Shown here: positions 9,710 to 19,119 of the stretch, piece by piece
Position numbering within the stretch: the stretch's first letter is position 1
How the letters are laid out: each line of letters starts with the position of its first letter
Assembly: GCA_050633305.1 (NCBI GenBank)
Contig: JBOEGF010000018.1
Location: forward strand, 224,001 to 288,000
Direction: 5' to 3'
Length of the DNA: 64,000 bases
From: Nannocystales bacterium
GTDB lineage: Bacteria; Myxococcota_A; Polyangia; Nannocystales; Nannocystaceae
Notes under the pieces: generated by a model
The model's input: only the letters and a program-made list of their open reading frames with translations
Told to the model about the DNA's origin: nothing
Databases searched by the model: none
Made by a program: the position numbers and the translations under genes

Positions 9710-10623
9710 GCGCCGTACGGCGGGTGGTGGCTCCCGACATGCCAGCGGAGCGGCTGGCCACGCTGCGGATTTTGGTGGGGCTGTATGGCGTCGTCTACCT
9801 GCTCGCGCGGGCCAACGTGATCTGGGGCGTCACGCGTTACCCCGCGGGGCAGTTCAAGCCGGTCGGGCTCGCGATGCTGGTGCAGGCCCCGATCTCTCCT
9901 GCGCTCGTGGTCTGCGGACTTCTGCTCGCGCTCGTGTCTGGCATCGCATTCAGCCTGGGCTGGGGATTCCGCTGGACCGGGCCGCTGTACGCCGCCGCAT
10001 TGCTCTGGGTCCTCAGCTACCGGAACTCGTGGGGCATGCCGTTCCACACCGAGAACCTGCTGGTGCTCCACACCATCGTGTTGGCAACAGCGCCCAGCGC
10101 CGCAGCGTGGAGTCTCGATGCCCGGGGCCGTGCAACTCCTGGGGCGCACGCACGCTTTGGGTGGGCGGTCGTGCTGATGTGTTGGGTCACCGCGTTGACG
10201 TATTTCGTGGCCGGCTGGGCAAAGCTCTCGCACTCAGGCTTCGAATGGGTCACCAGCGACACGCTGAGGAACTTCATCGCGTACGACAACGTTCGGAAGG
10301 CCGAGCTCGGGGCGGGGTATTCCTCCCTGGGGACCTGGATGGTGGCGCACGCGTGGATCTTCCCACCGATGGCCGCGGTGAGCCTCAGCGTTGAGCTCTT
10401 GGCGCCGCTGAGTGTCCTTCACCGACGACTTGGAATGCTCTGGTGCGCCGCCGCGTGGGGATTTCACGTCGGTGTGTTGGCGCTGATGTACATCCTCTTC
10501 CACTATCCGATTCTCGGGTTCGCCTACGCGCCGTACTTCCCGGTGGAGCGCCTGGGCCACTGGGCTCTTCGAAGGTGGGGGCGAAGGTGGCGGCGTCCAC
10601 CGGTGCAGGGCGCGGGTCCCTGA
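9706..10623 (+). CDS. HTTM-domain membrane protein (vitamin K-dependent carboxylase/SdpB-like)
   Basis: RLATLRILVG, YRNSWGMPFHTENL, YFVAGWAKL..SGFEW, VELLAP, FHVGVLALM. Multiple TM helices. Confidence 0.85.
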   Translation: MSAVRRVVAPDMPAERLATLRILVGLYGVVYLLARANVIWGVTRYPAGQFKPVGLAMLVQAPISPALVVCGLLLALVSGIAFSLGWGFRWTGPLYAAALLWVLSYRNSWGMPFHTENLLVLHTIVLATAPSAAAWSLDARGRATPGAHARFGWAVVLMCWVTALTYFVAGWAKLSHSGFEWVTSDTLRNFIAYDNVRKAELGAGYSSLGTWMVAHAWIFPPMAAVSLSVELLAPLSVLHRRLGMLWCAAAWGFHVGVLALMYILFHYPILGFAYAPYFPVERLGHWALRRWGRRWRRPPVQGAGP

Positions 10624-10649
10624 GGCGCCCTGCGGGGGACCAACTCGGT

Positions 10650-11900
10650 CTAGGTCCCCGTCCTCCATCCCTCGAGGTAGCGCTGCTGTGCATCGGTGAG
10701 CACGTCGATTCGGACCCCAATCGCTTCGAGTTTCACGGCCGCGACGGCCCGATCGATGTCGTCGGGGATCGTGTGCACGCCCGGAGCCGGGACGCCTCGG
10801 CCCAGGGCAAGGGATTCCGCGGCGAGGGCCTGGTTCGCGAAACTCAGGTCCATGACATCTGCCGGGTGTCCCTCGGCGGCCGCGAGGTTGGCCAGTCGGC
10901 CTTGCGCAACGACGAGCACGACGCGTCCACCTGGCAGCGTGAATTCCGTGAGGTGGTCGCGAAGCTCGCGCTGCGCCGTGGCGATGTACTCCAGCGCTTT
11001 GAGGTCGAGTTCCACATCGAAGTGCCCCGAGTTGGCGATCACGATCCCCGATTTCATTCGCTCGAAGTGTTCGGCACGCACGACGTGTTCGTTTCCGGTT
11101 GTGGTGCACAGAAAGTCCGCCTGCTCGACGGCTTCTTTCAGGGGCATCACCGCGAGGCCATCCATCAGAGCTTCGAGCCCGCGGACGGGGTCGACCTCGG
11201 TCACGATGACACGCGCCCCCAGCCCAGCCGCTCGCTCGGCGACCCCACGTCCGCACCATCCGTAGCCACACACCACAAAGGTCGAACCGGCGATGAGTCG
11301 GTTCGTGGCCCGCATGAAAGCGTCGAGCGTGGACTGTCCGGTGCCGTAGCGGTTGTCGAACATGTGTTTGGTGCGGGCGTCGTTGACCGCGAACACCGGG
11401 AATCGCAGTACGCCTTCCCGGGCCATACTGTGCAGTCGGGTGACACCTGTCGTGGTTTCCTCCGTGCCGCCGATGACGGAATCGAGCAAGTCCGTGCGCT
11501 TGGTGTGCAACAGCGTGGTGAGGTCGGCTCCATCGTCGAGGACGAGGTGGGGCCGGTGCTCGACCGCCTGGCCGAGGTGCCGGAAGTAGGTGTCACGGTC
11601 CTCGCCGGCGATCGCGAAGACCTCGATGCCGTCGAGGACCGCGAGTCCGGCAGCGACGGTGTTCTGAACGCTCAAGGGGTTGCTCGCGCAGAGTCGAACC
11701 TCGGCGCCACCGGCTGCGAGCGTGCGGACCAAGACTGCGGTCTCGGCGGTGACGTGCATGCAGGCCGCGGCGCGAATCCCCTCGAGAGGGCGCTCGCGGG
11801 CGAATCGTTCGCGAATTGCCATCACCGCCGGCATGGCGCGCTCGGCCCATTCGATGTCCTGTTGTCCACGCGGCGCGAGCGAGTTGTCGAAGATGTCCAT
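10650..11900 (-). CDS. ahcY: S-adenosylhomocysteine hydrolase, short type
   Basis: HVTAET, SNPLSVQ, DDGAD, GTEETTTG, KHMFDNRYGTGQS, GYGWCGRG, NSGHFD, GRLANL, GHPADVMDLSF. Confidence 0.97.
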   Translation of the reverse strand: MDIFDNSLAPRGQQDIEWAERAMPAVMAIRERFARERPLEGIRAAACMHVTAETAVLVRTLAAGGAEVRLCASNPLSVQNTVAAGLAVLDGIEVFAIAGEDRDTYFRHLGQAVEHRPHLVLDDGADLTTLLHTKRTDLLDSVIGGTEETTTGVTRLHSMAREGVLRFPVFAVNDARTKHMFDNRYGTGQSTLDAFMRATNRLIAGSTFVVCGYGWCGRGVAERAAGLGARVIVTEVDPVRGLEALMDGLAVMPLKEAVEQADFLCTTTGNEHVVRAEHFERMKSGIVIANSGHFDVELDLKALEYIATAQRELRDHLTEFTLPGGRVVLVVAQGRLANLAAAEGHPADVMDLSFANQALAAESLALGRGVPAPGVHTIPDDIDRAVAAVKLEAIGVRIDVLTDAQQRYLEGWRTGT

Positions 11901-11958
11901 GCCCGTGGTGTGACTTCGAACCGCGTGTTAGTCACTTGAATCTATTTTTCGTATGGCG

Positions 11959-11971
11959 TTAGCATTGCTAA
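11959..11971. promoter_or_regulatory. LysR-type T-N11-A palindromic operator
   Basis: TTAGCA-T-TGCTAA is a perfect inverted repeat overlapping the lysR ATG, in the AT-rich gap between divergent ahcY and lysR. Confidence 0.65.
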
Positions 11972-12909
11972 TGCTTCCGGATTTGAACAGGTTGAAGGTG
12001 TTCGTCCACGTCCACGAAGCCGGGAGTGCGCGGGAAGCTGCTGTCTTGCTCGGAGTGACCCAGTCGGCGGTGAGTCAGAGCTTGGGAAAGCTCGAGGCTG
12101 AACTCGGCGTCGCGCTGTTCGTCCGGCAGCATCGCCGGCTGGTTCGGACTGCCGAGGGGCGCCGCTTATACGATGTTGTCGCTCCGTTTCTCGCGGCGCT
12201 CTCGGAGTCCCTCCCCGAACTCGAACGGACGTCGGGCGAGCTGGTGGGGACGCTTCGTGTCGGTGCGCCAGCCGAGCTGGGGGCGGCGCGACTACCTGCG
12301 GTCTTTGCCGCGTTCCGGGTGGAACACCCGACGGTGAGCTTCTCCCTGCGTCTTGGGCATCCGTCGGTCCTGGTCCCGGAACTCGCCGACGGCGGCCTCG
12401 ACATCGCGTTTGTCGACGAGTTCGACGCTCCCGCGCGGCGGGCAGGTGGCATCGACGCCCATGGGGGGCTCGATGAGCAACTGGTGTTGGCCGGGAGCCC
12501 TCAGGTCGTCGCCGCTGCCCGGGAAGGCAAGGACCGCTTCGCGCGCCTGCAGGCTGCCGACTTCGTCACGTACCACTCGCGTGGACCCTCGGTGGCGTCC
12601 TGGTTTCAGCATCACTTCCAGCGCGTCCCCGGACGCATTCGCCGTGCGGTGGTCGTGGAGAGCGTGCAGGCCGTCGTGGGTTCGGTTCTGGCCGGACTCG
12701 GGCTGGGCGTCGTCCCCTACGATGCCGTCGCAGCTGCCGTGGAGCGAGGGGAACTGGAGGTTGTCCGCACCCGGAAGCGACCCTTGCTCAACAGAATCTC
12801 GTTGCTGCGGCTCCTCGACAAGCGGCCCTCGACGTTGGAACAGAAGTTCCTCGCGACCCTCCCCACCCAGCTCCGCGGGTACTCCCGGCACTCAGCTGGC
12901 GGACTGTAG
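11971..12909 (+). CDS. LysR family transcriptional regulator
   Basis: DLNRLKVF..GS..AA..LGVTQSAVSQ..LE.ELG..LF.R HTH; GTLRVG; substrate-binding domain. Alternative start 11953. Confidence 0.95.
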   Translation: MLPDLNRLKVFVHVHEAGSAREAAVLLGVTQSAVSQSLGKLEAELGVALFVRQHRRLVRTAEGRRLYDVVAPFLAALSESLPELERTSGELVGTLRVGAPAELGAARLPAVFAAFRVEHPTVSFSLRLGHPSVLVPELADGGLDIAFVDEFDAPARRAGGIDAHGGLDEQLVLAGSPQVVAAAREGKDRFARLQAADFVTYHSRGPSVASWFQHHFQRVPGRIRRAVVVESVQAVVGSVLAGLGLGVVPYDAVAAAVERGELEVVRTRKRPLLNRISLLRLLDKRPSTLEQKFLATLPTQLRGYSRHSAGGL

Positions 12910-13611
12910 CGGGGGCGCCGGCCCGAGCGCGAGCGGGGTTGAGGGCGAGCCCATTCCCCGGAATGGCCTCAACATCAGTCGTTCGGCGACGTTTTCGTGA
13001 AGGTTCTGAAGACCGTCGAGGACGGCTTGCCACCGCTCCTGATCGCGGACCTCTGTCGCGCTTTGCGTGGACTCGGGCAGCTCGCCCGCAGGCAGCGCGC
13101 GGCGATGGATGGTGTCCGCGACCCAAAGTGTCATGAACAGGCGGGTGGCAAACATGGCGGGGAGGAGCAGAATCGCGGTTGCCCACGCGGTGAGGCTTCC
13201 TGCGATGCTCAGGGTCAACGCGCCAGCGGCGAACAGGGCAGCAGCGCCGCCGGCCACTCTCAGACCGTTGCTGGGTTGGGTCTGCTTGGCAAGCGCGACG
13301 CTGCGTGGGCTGCTTCGGGCGACGACGCGGAGTTTGTAGGCGTCGGCCTCCTCGGTGCTTCGCCCGGGGCTCTGGAATCGTTGGACGCTGACCGAGGCCA
13401 CGAACGAGCCGCGTCGCACTCGGAACGACGCGCCGCACAGAGAGCCCGACAGCCAAACCCGGCGGACCTCGTAGCCCGCGTTGGCGGGGAGGTGCCGGGC
13501 AAGAAGATCTGCGGCTCCCTCTAGAGTGTCCGCGGCGACCCGCTCCGTGTAGGTGGAACGTGCGCCGTATCGAACACTCCAGTCGAGCTGGCCGCGGGAC
13601 GTGTGAGTCAT
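12892..13611 (-). CDS. Hypothetical membrane protein (two TM)
   Basis: 239 aa ORF filling the gap, with a hydrophobic hairpin and TACGCT 9 nt upstream of the ATG. Confidence 0.6.
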   Translation of the reverse strand: MTHTSRGQLDWSVRYGARSTYTERVAADTLEGAADLLARHLPANAGYEVRRVWLSGSLCGASFRVRRGSFVASVSVQRFQSPGRSTEEADAYKLRVVARSSPRSVALAKQTQPSNGLRVAGGAAALFAAGALTLSIAGSLTAWATAILLLPAMFATRLFMTLWVADTIHRRALPAGELPESTQSATEVRDQERWQAVLDGLQNLHENVAERLMLRPFRGMGSPSTPLALGPAPPLQSAS

Positions 13612-13692
13612 CCAACGATCAGCGTAGCCGATCGGGGCGGTAAGGCCAGGCGCGTTCCGGAGGCGCCGAATCGGGCACGCCGGCGTCGCGGA

Positions 13693-14061
13693 TCAGCGAA
13701 GGGTGCGACCGAATGGAAGCAGCGATAGAGGGATCAGCTTGATGTGCTGCTTGGCAAACGGGAGCCCGACGATCGTGATGGCGAGGCAGCAGGCCCAGAT
13801 GAAGTGCGCGATCGCGAGCTCCCAACCGAACAACACCAACCACAGCAGGTTGAAGACGATCCGCAGTGCGCTGTTGGCGTGGGGCAGCTCCCGCACCTCC
13901 TTGCCGAAGGGCGTGAGGGTGGCGGCCCCGATCTTCATGGCTTGAATGCCAAAGGGGATGCCGACGATGGTGACGCAGAGGCCGAGGCCCGCGACGATCC
14001 AGGCGAGGCCGGAGAGCAACCCGCCGAAGACGAGCCAGATGAGATTGCCGAGCAAGGACAT
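13693..14061 (-). CDS. yccF: YccF-domain inner membrane protein
   Basis: Duplicated N.IWL.FGG...ITIVGIPFG...K....L.PFG unit. Confidence 0.9.
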   Translation of the reverse strand: MSLLGNLIWLVFGGLLSGLAWIVAGLGLCVTIVGIPFGIQAMKIGAATLTPFGKEVRELPHANSALRIVFNLLWLVLFGWELAIAHFIWACCLAITIVGLPFAKQHIKLIPLSLLPFGRTLR

Positions 14062-14422
14062 GGGGGGCGGATGAGACCGCGGGCGATACCGCGGCATTCC
14101 CAACCACTGTGCGTCGTCCTGTGAGCCGTGCAACCGGACACGAAGCCAGCGACCCAGGGTTCCCGGCCGGCGAACCGATAGGTCGGACCTGCTGGCCTGT
14201 CACCCCGGAACTCCTGGTGAAATCGCTCCAGCTCCGCCGCTGTCGCACTCACCTCCTCCCGCTCGTCGCGTGCGCGGAGCCAGAGGACTCCGCCACGGGA
14301 TGCCGTGCGGGCGCCGCGGCACAGGTCGACGACCGCAAAAATGCGGTTGCCCCGACGACGTTGACGTCGGACCAACCGCACTTTGAGCTCCACGCGCTTG
14401 CGCGCTCTGAAGTCGGAGCGCT

Positions 14423-15850
14423 TCAGCGCTTGGGGTTCTGAATGTGGATGGCCTCACCGATGGCGTGCTTGGCCGCTTCCATCACCGCCTCACCCAGCGT
14501 GGGGTGGGGGTGAATTGTCAGGCCGATGTCGGGGCCGTACGCGCCCATCTCGATCGCCAGTGCGGCTTCGGAGATGAGGTCGCTCGCCTCGGGTCCGACG
14601 ATGTGAACCCCGAGGACGCGCTCGTCGTCAGCATCGACGACCACTTTCACGAAGCCCACAGCCTCGTCGATCGCCATGGCTCGGCCGCTGGCGGCGAAGG
14701 GGAACTTGCCAATGTTGACCTTGTGGCCCTTGGCTTCCGCTTCCTTCTTGTTCATCCCCGCCGAGCTGATCTCGGGGTCGGTGAACACCACAGCCGGGAT
14801 CACTCGCGCATCGTTGACGGTCTTCTTGCCTGCGATGACCTCGGCGATGACCTCGCCCTCGTGGCTGGCCTTGTGCGCGAGCATGGGCTGACCGACGACG
14901 TCTCCAGCGGCGTAGATGCCAGGCACGTTGGTCTGCTGCCGGTTGTCGACGACGATGAAGCCCTTGTCGTCCAACTTCACGCCCGAACGCTCGATGGCCA
15001 AGCCGCGCGTGATCGGGAAGCGACCGACCGCGACCAAGACGACATCGGCGGAGACCTCTCGGGTCTCGCCGCCCACGTCCATCTTGACCACGGCCTTGCC
15101 ATTTCGCTCTTCCCAGCCGGTCGCGCGGGCGCCCGTGATGATCTCCCCGCCGTCCTTCTTGATCTGCTTGGCGACCGGCATACCCAGGTCCTTTTCCATG
15201 GCCGCGAGAATGCGGTCCATGCCTTCGACGACGGTCAGCTTCGTGCCCAGACGTTGGAAGGTTTGGCCAAGCTCCAGGCCGATGTAGCCACCGCCGATGA
15301 CGATCATCTCATCGGGGATTTCATCGAGCGCGAGGGCTCCCGTGCTGTCGACGATGCGCTTGCCGTCGTACTCGAACCCGGGGATCTGGATCGGAAGCGA
15401 GCCGGTCGCGAGGACGATGTGCTCCGCCTCGACGATATCGTCGGGCTTCTTCTTGCCGTCGACCTCGGGGTAGCTGAGCTTGACGCGCTTGGGCGCCAGG
15501 AACTCGGCGGTGGCTTGCACGTAGTCGCAGCCGTTGGCTTTGACCAGGCCGTGGACGCCGCTGGTGAGCTTGTGAATGACGCCGCCCTTCCAGGCTTGCA
15601 TCTTCTTCATGTCGACCTTCGGCGGGCCAAAGGTGATGCCCATGCTCTCGGCGTGCTGCGCTTTGTGGGCGAGCTTCGTCGCGCTGATCAGCGCCTTCGA
15701 TGGAATGCAGCCGACGTTGAGGCATACGCCGCCGGGCTGGGCCTTCTCGACGAGCATGGCGTCGACGCCGAGCTGGCCGAGGCGAATGGCGCAGGGATAG
15801 CCACCGGTGCCGGCACCGATGACGAGGGCTTTCTTCTTGATGATGGCCAT
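14423..15850 (-). CDS. lpdA: Dihydrolipoyl dehydrogenase (E3)
   Basis: GAGTGG, GGVCLNVGCIPSK redox disulfide, GGGYIGLE, GDV, HPHPTLGE. Confidence 0.97.
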   Translation of the reverse strand: MAIIKKKALVIGAGTGGYPCAIRLGQLGVDAMLVEKAQPGGVCLNVGCIPSKALISATKLAHKAQHAESMGITFGPPKVDMKKMQAWKGGVIHKLTSGVHGLVKANGCDYVQATAEFLAPKRVKLSYPEVDGKKKPDDIVEAEHIVLATGSLPIQIPGFEYDGKRIVDSTGALALDEIPDEMIVIGGGYIGLELGQTFQRLGTKLTVVEGMDRILAAMEKDLGMPVAKQIKKDGGEIITGARATGWEERNGKAVVKMDVGGETREVSADVVLVAVGRFPITRGLAIERSGVKLDDKGFIVVDNRQQTNVPGIYAAGDVVGQPMLAHKASHEGEVIAEVIAGKKTVNDARVIPAVVFTDPEISSAGMNKKEAEAKGHKVNIGKFPFAASGRAMAIDEAVGFVKVVVDADDERVLGVHIVGPEASDLISEAALAIEMGAYGPDIGLTIHPHPTLGEAVMEAAKHAIGEAIHIQNPKR

Positions 15851-15863
15851 GGCTGGAGGGCGA

Positions 15864-17138
15864 TCAGACGGAGAGGAACAGAAGGTTGGGGTTCTCGAGC
15901 TGGCGCTTGACCTCTTGCATGAAGCTGGCGCCCTCGAAGCCGTCGACGACGCGGTGGTCGAACGAGGCGGAGAGGTTCATGAGGTGGGCAGCGACGACGT
16001 TGTCGTTCTCGTCGAAGACTGGAGTCTTGCGGATCGCGTGCACGCCCAGGATCCCGACCTCGGGGTGGTTGAGGATCGGGGTCGCCAGCACGCCACCGAT
16101 GGCGCCGAGGCTGGAGACGGTGAAGGTCGAGCCGGTGAGCTCGTTGCGGGAGGCCGTGCCTTCCCGAGCTGCGTCGGAGACCCGGGTGATCTCGGCGGCG
16201 ACCTCGAGGATGCTCATCCGATCGGCGTCGTGGAGGACCGGGACCATCAAGCCCTGCTCGGTCGTCGCGGCGATGCCGATGTTGTACTGCTTGCGCTTGA
16301 CGATGTTGCCCCCGGCCTCGTCGAGGAACGCGTTGACGATCGGGTACTTCTTGAGCGCTGCGATGACCGCCTTGACGATGAACGGCAGGTAGGTGAGCTG
16401 CACGCCCTCGGCTTTGGCGACCGGCTTGGCATCCTTGCGGGCCTTGACCAGTTTCGTGACGTCGATCTGCTCGACGTAGGTGTAGTGGACCGCGGTCGTG
16501 TACGACTTGACCATGCCCTCTGCGATGCGGCGACGCATGCCGCGGAAAGGCACGAGTTCGTCAGCGTCGGAGACCACAGCGGGAGCAGTGGGCGCTGCTG
16601 GACGGGCGTTGGGCGGTGTCGGTGCCGCGGCGGCAGGGACGGCTGGAGCTGCGACCGGAGCCGGAGTCGCGCGAGCCTGAGCGACGTGGGCCTTGGTGAT
16701 GCGGCCGCGGTCGCCAGGGACCGTGGCGAGGTCGATCCCCGCTTCGCGGGCCATGGCTCGCGCGGCGGGAGTGGCCAGGACTTTCCCTCCGGTTGGGGCT
16801 GGAGCCGGAGCTGCGACTGGGGCCGAAACCGGAGCGGCCACGGGAGCCGGGGCCGCGGGTGCTGGCGCAGCTGCCGCGGCCGACGGCTTTGGAGCTGCGG
16901 CCCCGTCGGAGGCCAGCATCGCGATCACCTGACCGACGGCCGCGATCTCGCCTTCGGGCGCTTTGTGCTCTTGAACGACGGCATCTTGCGGCGAGGGAAT
17001 CTCGACGGTTGCCTTGTCGGTCATGATCTCGACAAGGGGCTCGTTGGCCATGACGTTGTCGCCGGGCTGTTTCAGCCAGCGCACGATTTCACCTTCGACG
17101 ACGCCTTCACCGATGGCGGGGAGCTTGAACTCGATCAT
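15864..17138 (-). CDS. Dihydrolipoamide acyltransferase (E2) with a single lipoyl domain
   Basis: Lipoyl Lys in MTDKATVEI, PSBD LATPAARAMARE, Pro/Ala linkers, catalytic FDHRVVDG. Confidence 0.96.
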   Translation of the reverse strand: MIEFKLPAIGEGVVEGEIVRWLKQPGDNVMANEPLVEIMTDKATVEIPSPQDAVVQEHKAPEGEIAAVGQVIAMLASDGAAAPKPSAAAAAPAPAAPAPVAAPVSAPVAAPAPAPTGGKVLATPAARAMAREAGIDLATVPGDRGRITKAHVAQARATPAPVAAPAVPAAAAPTPPNARPAAPTAPAVVSDADELVPFRGMRRRIAEGMVKSYTTAVHYTYVEQIDVTKLVKARKDAKPVAKAEGVQLTYLPFIVKAVIAALKKYPIVNAFLDEAGGNIVKRKQYNIGIAATTEQGLMVPVLHDADRMSILEVAAEITRVSDAAREGTASRNELTGSTFTVSSLGAIGGVLATPILNHPEVGILGVHAIRKTPVFDENDNVVAAHLMNLSASFDHRVVDGFEGASFMQEVKRQLENPNLLFLSV

Positions 17139-17194
17139 TGCAGGGTCCTTGGAGATTGGAGAAATTCGAGAGGGCGCGACAGAATCGCGGACGC

Positions 17195-18148
17195 TTAGAA
17201 CGTCGCGACGTGGGTGATGGCGGTGCTGAGGGTCTCGAGGTCGGGCAGGGCCCGGGCCTCGGCAGATGCGGTCAGAGGACCGTCATCGCCGGTGACGCGA
17301 AGCACGGGGGCGTCGAGGGTGAGGATGGCGTGGTCGGCAAACAGAGCCGCGAGTTCGGAGCCCACACCGCAGTGCCGCGGACCTTCGTGCGCGATGACGA
17401 TCTTGCCCGTGGCCTTCGCCTCGGCGGTGAGAGCATCGCGGTCCAGCGGTGCGAGGCACTCCACGTCGATGATGCGGGCATCTTGACCCGACCGGTCGAC
17501 GGCCGCTTGCACGAGGGGAAGGCATGCGCCCCAGGTGAAGACCGTCGCAGCTTCGCCGTCGCGGACTCGCCGCGGACTGGCGAACGGTCGGGCGAGTGCA
17601 TCGACGCACTCTCCGGCAGGAGCCAGCGCCAAGCTTCTGGGGATGAGCAACACAGTCGGCTCGTCCCCGGCCCAACCTTCGACAGCTGCACGAAGGGTTG
17701 CGCCGGACTCGGAAGCTTCGCCAAGAACCACCACGCGGAGGCCGGGCACTCGCGAGAGGATCGATGCGGGTCCTTCCGTGCCTCCACCACCGAGGCCGAA
17801 CCCAGGGCCGAACGGCGCGAGGAACACCACGGGCGCGGGAATCTCGTGACGCCAGCCGAGCTTGGCGGACTCTCGCAGTGCGGCGAGGCTGTCCACGAGC
17901 GACGACGCCTCCGGGCAGATGACGATCGGACGGAGCCCCTCGGCTGCCATCCCTGCCGCGTGGGCGGGGAGCACGGTGGGGCACAGCGGGGTTGCGAGCA
18001 GGCGGGGAGCCAGCTCGGGGTCGTCGGCCGCGACACGGGTGAGGCCGAGCATGGTGCCGTCGACCACGTCCTCGCCGAGGACGACACGACGCTCGTCGGC
18101 ACGAAGCAGGTCTGCGAGCACGGTGGCGAGATGTTGCAAGACGTTCAT
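17195..18148 (-). CDS. 2-oxoacid dehydrogenase E1 beta-like subunit with degenerate active site
   Basis: VVLGEDV, GMAAEGLRP, PGLRVV, TGKIVIAHE, G.ELAA, LDAPVLRVTG are retained. TPLCP replaces TPL(S/C)E; no HSQ motif. Confidence 0.88.
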   Translation of the reverse strand: MNVLQHLATVLADLLRADERRVVLGEDVVDGTMLGLTRVAADDPELAPRLLATPLCPTVLPAHAAGMAAEGLRPIVICPEASSLVDSLAALRESAKLGWRHEIPAPVVFLAPFGPGFGLGGGGTEGPASILSRVPGLRVVVLGEASESGATLRAAVEGWAGDEPTVLLIPRSLALAPAGECVDALARPFASPRRVRDGEAATVFTWGACLPLVQAAVDRSGQDARIIDVECLAPLDRDALTAEAKATGKIVIAHEGPRHCGVGSELAALFADHAILTLDAPVLRVTGDDGPLTASAEARALPDLETLSTAITHVATF

Positions 18149-19056
18149 GCGGGCTCCGTGACAGATTCGATGGCGCGGTCGAGGCTTCCGCGAACTTCCG
18201 CTTCGATCACGTCTTGAAGCGTTTGAGTCCAGGCGCCGGTTTGGTCCAAGTGCCGTCGGAGTCGCTCGACCGGGTCGCGATGCGCTGGGGGGTCGCGGTG
18301 CATTTGGGTGACCACGACCTCGACCAAGCTCGCGCCGCGTCCTTGGCGAGCGCGGTCGGCAGCCGCCTCGATGGCGGCGTGGGTTCCGAGCGCATCTGCG
18401 CCGTCCACCCGGCGGACCCAAAGACCTGCGGCCTTGGCACGGTCCGCCACTGCGTCGCCCACGGCTCCAGCCTCCGCGGGCGCGCCGTCGGGCCACAGTT
18501 GGCTGCGGCAAACCATCACCAACGGCAGCGCGAGCGAGGACGCGAGCATTGTCGACTCGTGAAACGCTCCGGTTGTGGTCAGGCCTTCGCCGAACAAGCC
18601 GAACGTGACCCCGCGCTTGTCGGCCAGCTTCTGTGCGTGGGCACGGCCTGTCGCGAGCGCGAGGTGCATACCCAGCGCGTCGGTTGGGGGCGCGATGCGA
18701 TGGCTTGCCGAAGCGATGCGTCCGGGCCCCAACTCGTCGGAGCTGAAGAGTCCGGCGACGATGGCTTCGAGCTCGAGGCCTCGCCCCAAGGCCACCGCGG
18801 CGTCGCGGAAGCCGGGATAGATCCAGTCCTGCTCCTCGCTGACCAACGCGGTGGAGATCAACGCGGCTTCTTCGCCCGCGGCAGATGCCCACATCGGCAG
18901 ACCAGCGCGGCTGAGTTTTAGGTCGAGGCAGCGGGCGGCGACCAACAGCTTATAGAGCTGCTTCGTGTCGACGCTTCCGGGGCGTGTGCCCACCAGCTGA
19001 CCGTTGGGGTCGAGAACGACCGTGACGCCTTCGGGATCCCAGGGTGTCGGCTCCAT
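18145..19056 (-). CDS. 2-oxoacid dehydrogenase E1 alpha-like subunit with degenerate active site
   Basis: GEEAA, DWIYPGFRD, FGEG....G.FHE, VDGAD, RAR.G.G.SLVE, DPVERLR are retained. The NN motif and the YR..HS..DD loop are absent. ATGA overlap with beta. Confidence 0.88.
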   Translation of the reverse strand: MEPTPWDPEGVTVVLDPNGQLVGTRPGSVDTKQLYKLLVAARCLDLKLSRAGLPMWASAAGEEAALISTALVSEEQDWIYPGFRDAAVALGRGLELEAIVAGLFSSDELGPGRIASASHRIAPPTDALGMHLALATGRAHAQKLADKRGVTFGLFGEGLTTTGAFHESTMLASSLALPLVMVCRSQLWPDGAPAEAGAVGDAVADRAKAAGLWVRRVDGADALGTHAAIEAAADRARQGRGASLVEVVVTQMHRDPPAHRDPVERLRRHLDQTGAWTQTLQDVIEAEVRGSLDRAIESVTEPA

Positions 19057-19119
19057 TGCAGGGGGGCGCCGCTCGGCAGTGGACCGCCAGAAAGGCAGGA
19101 CCAACCGTGACGCGAAAGC

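Noticed and set aside
11901..11958. SAH or SAM riboswitch upstream of ahcY
   Set aside because: The gap is only about 70 bp, AT-rich and occupied by promoter/LysR sites. I see no riboswitch consensus.
17195..18892. 565-aa ORF suggesting an extended or fused E1 beta
   Set aside because: The upstream part is an alternative frame over E1alpha. The real beta starts at ATG 18148, in an ATGA overlap with the alpha stop.
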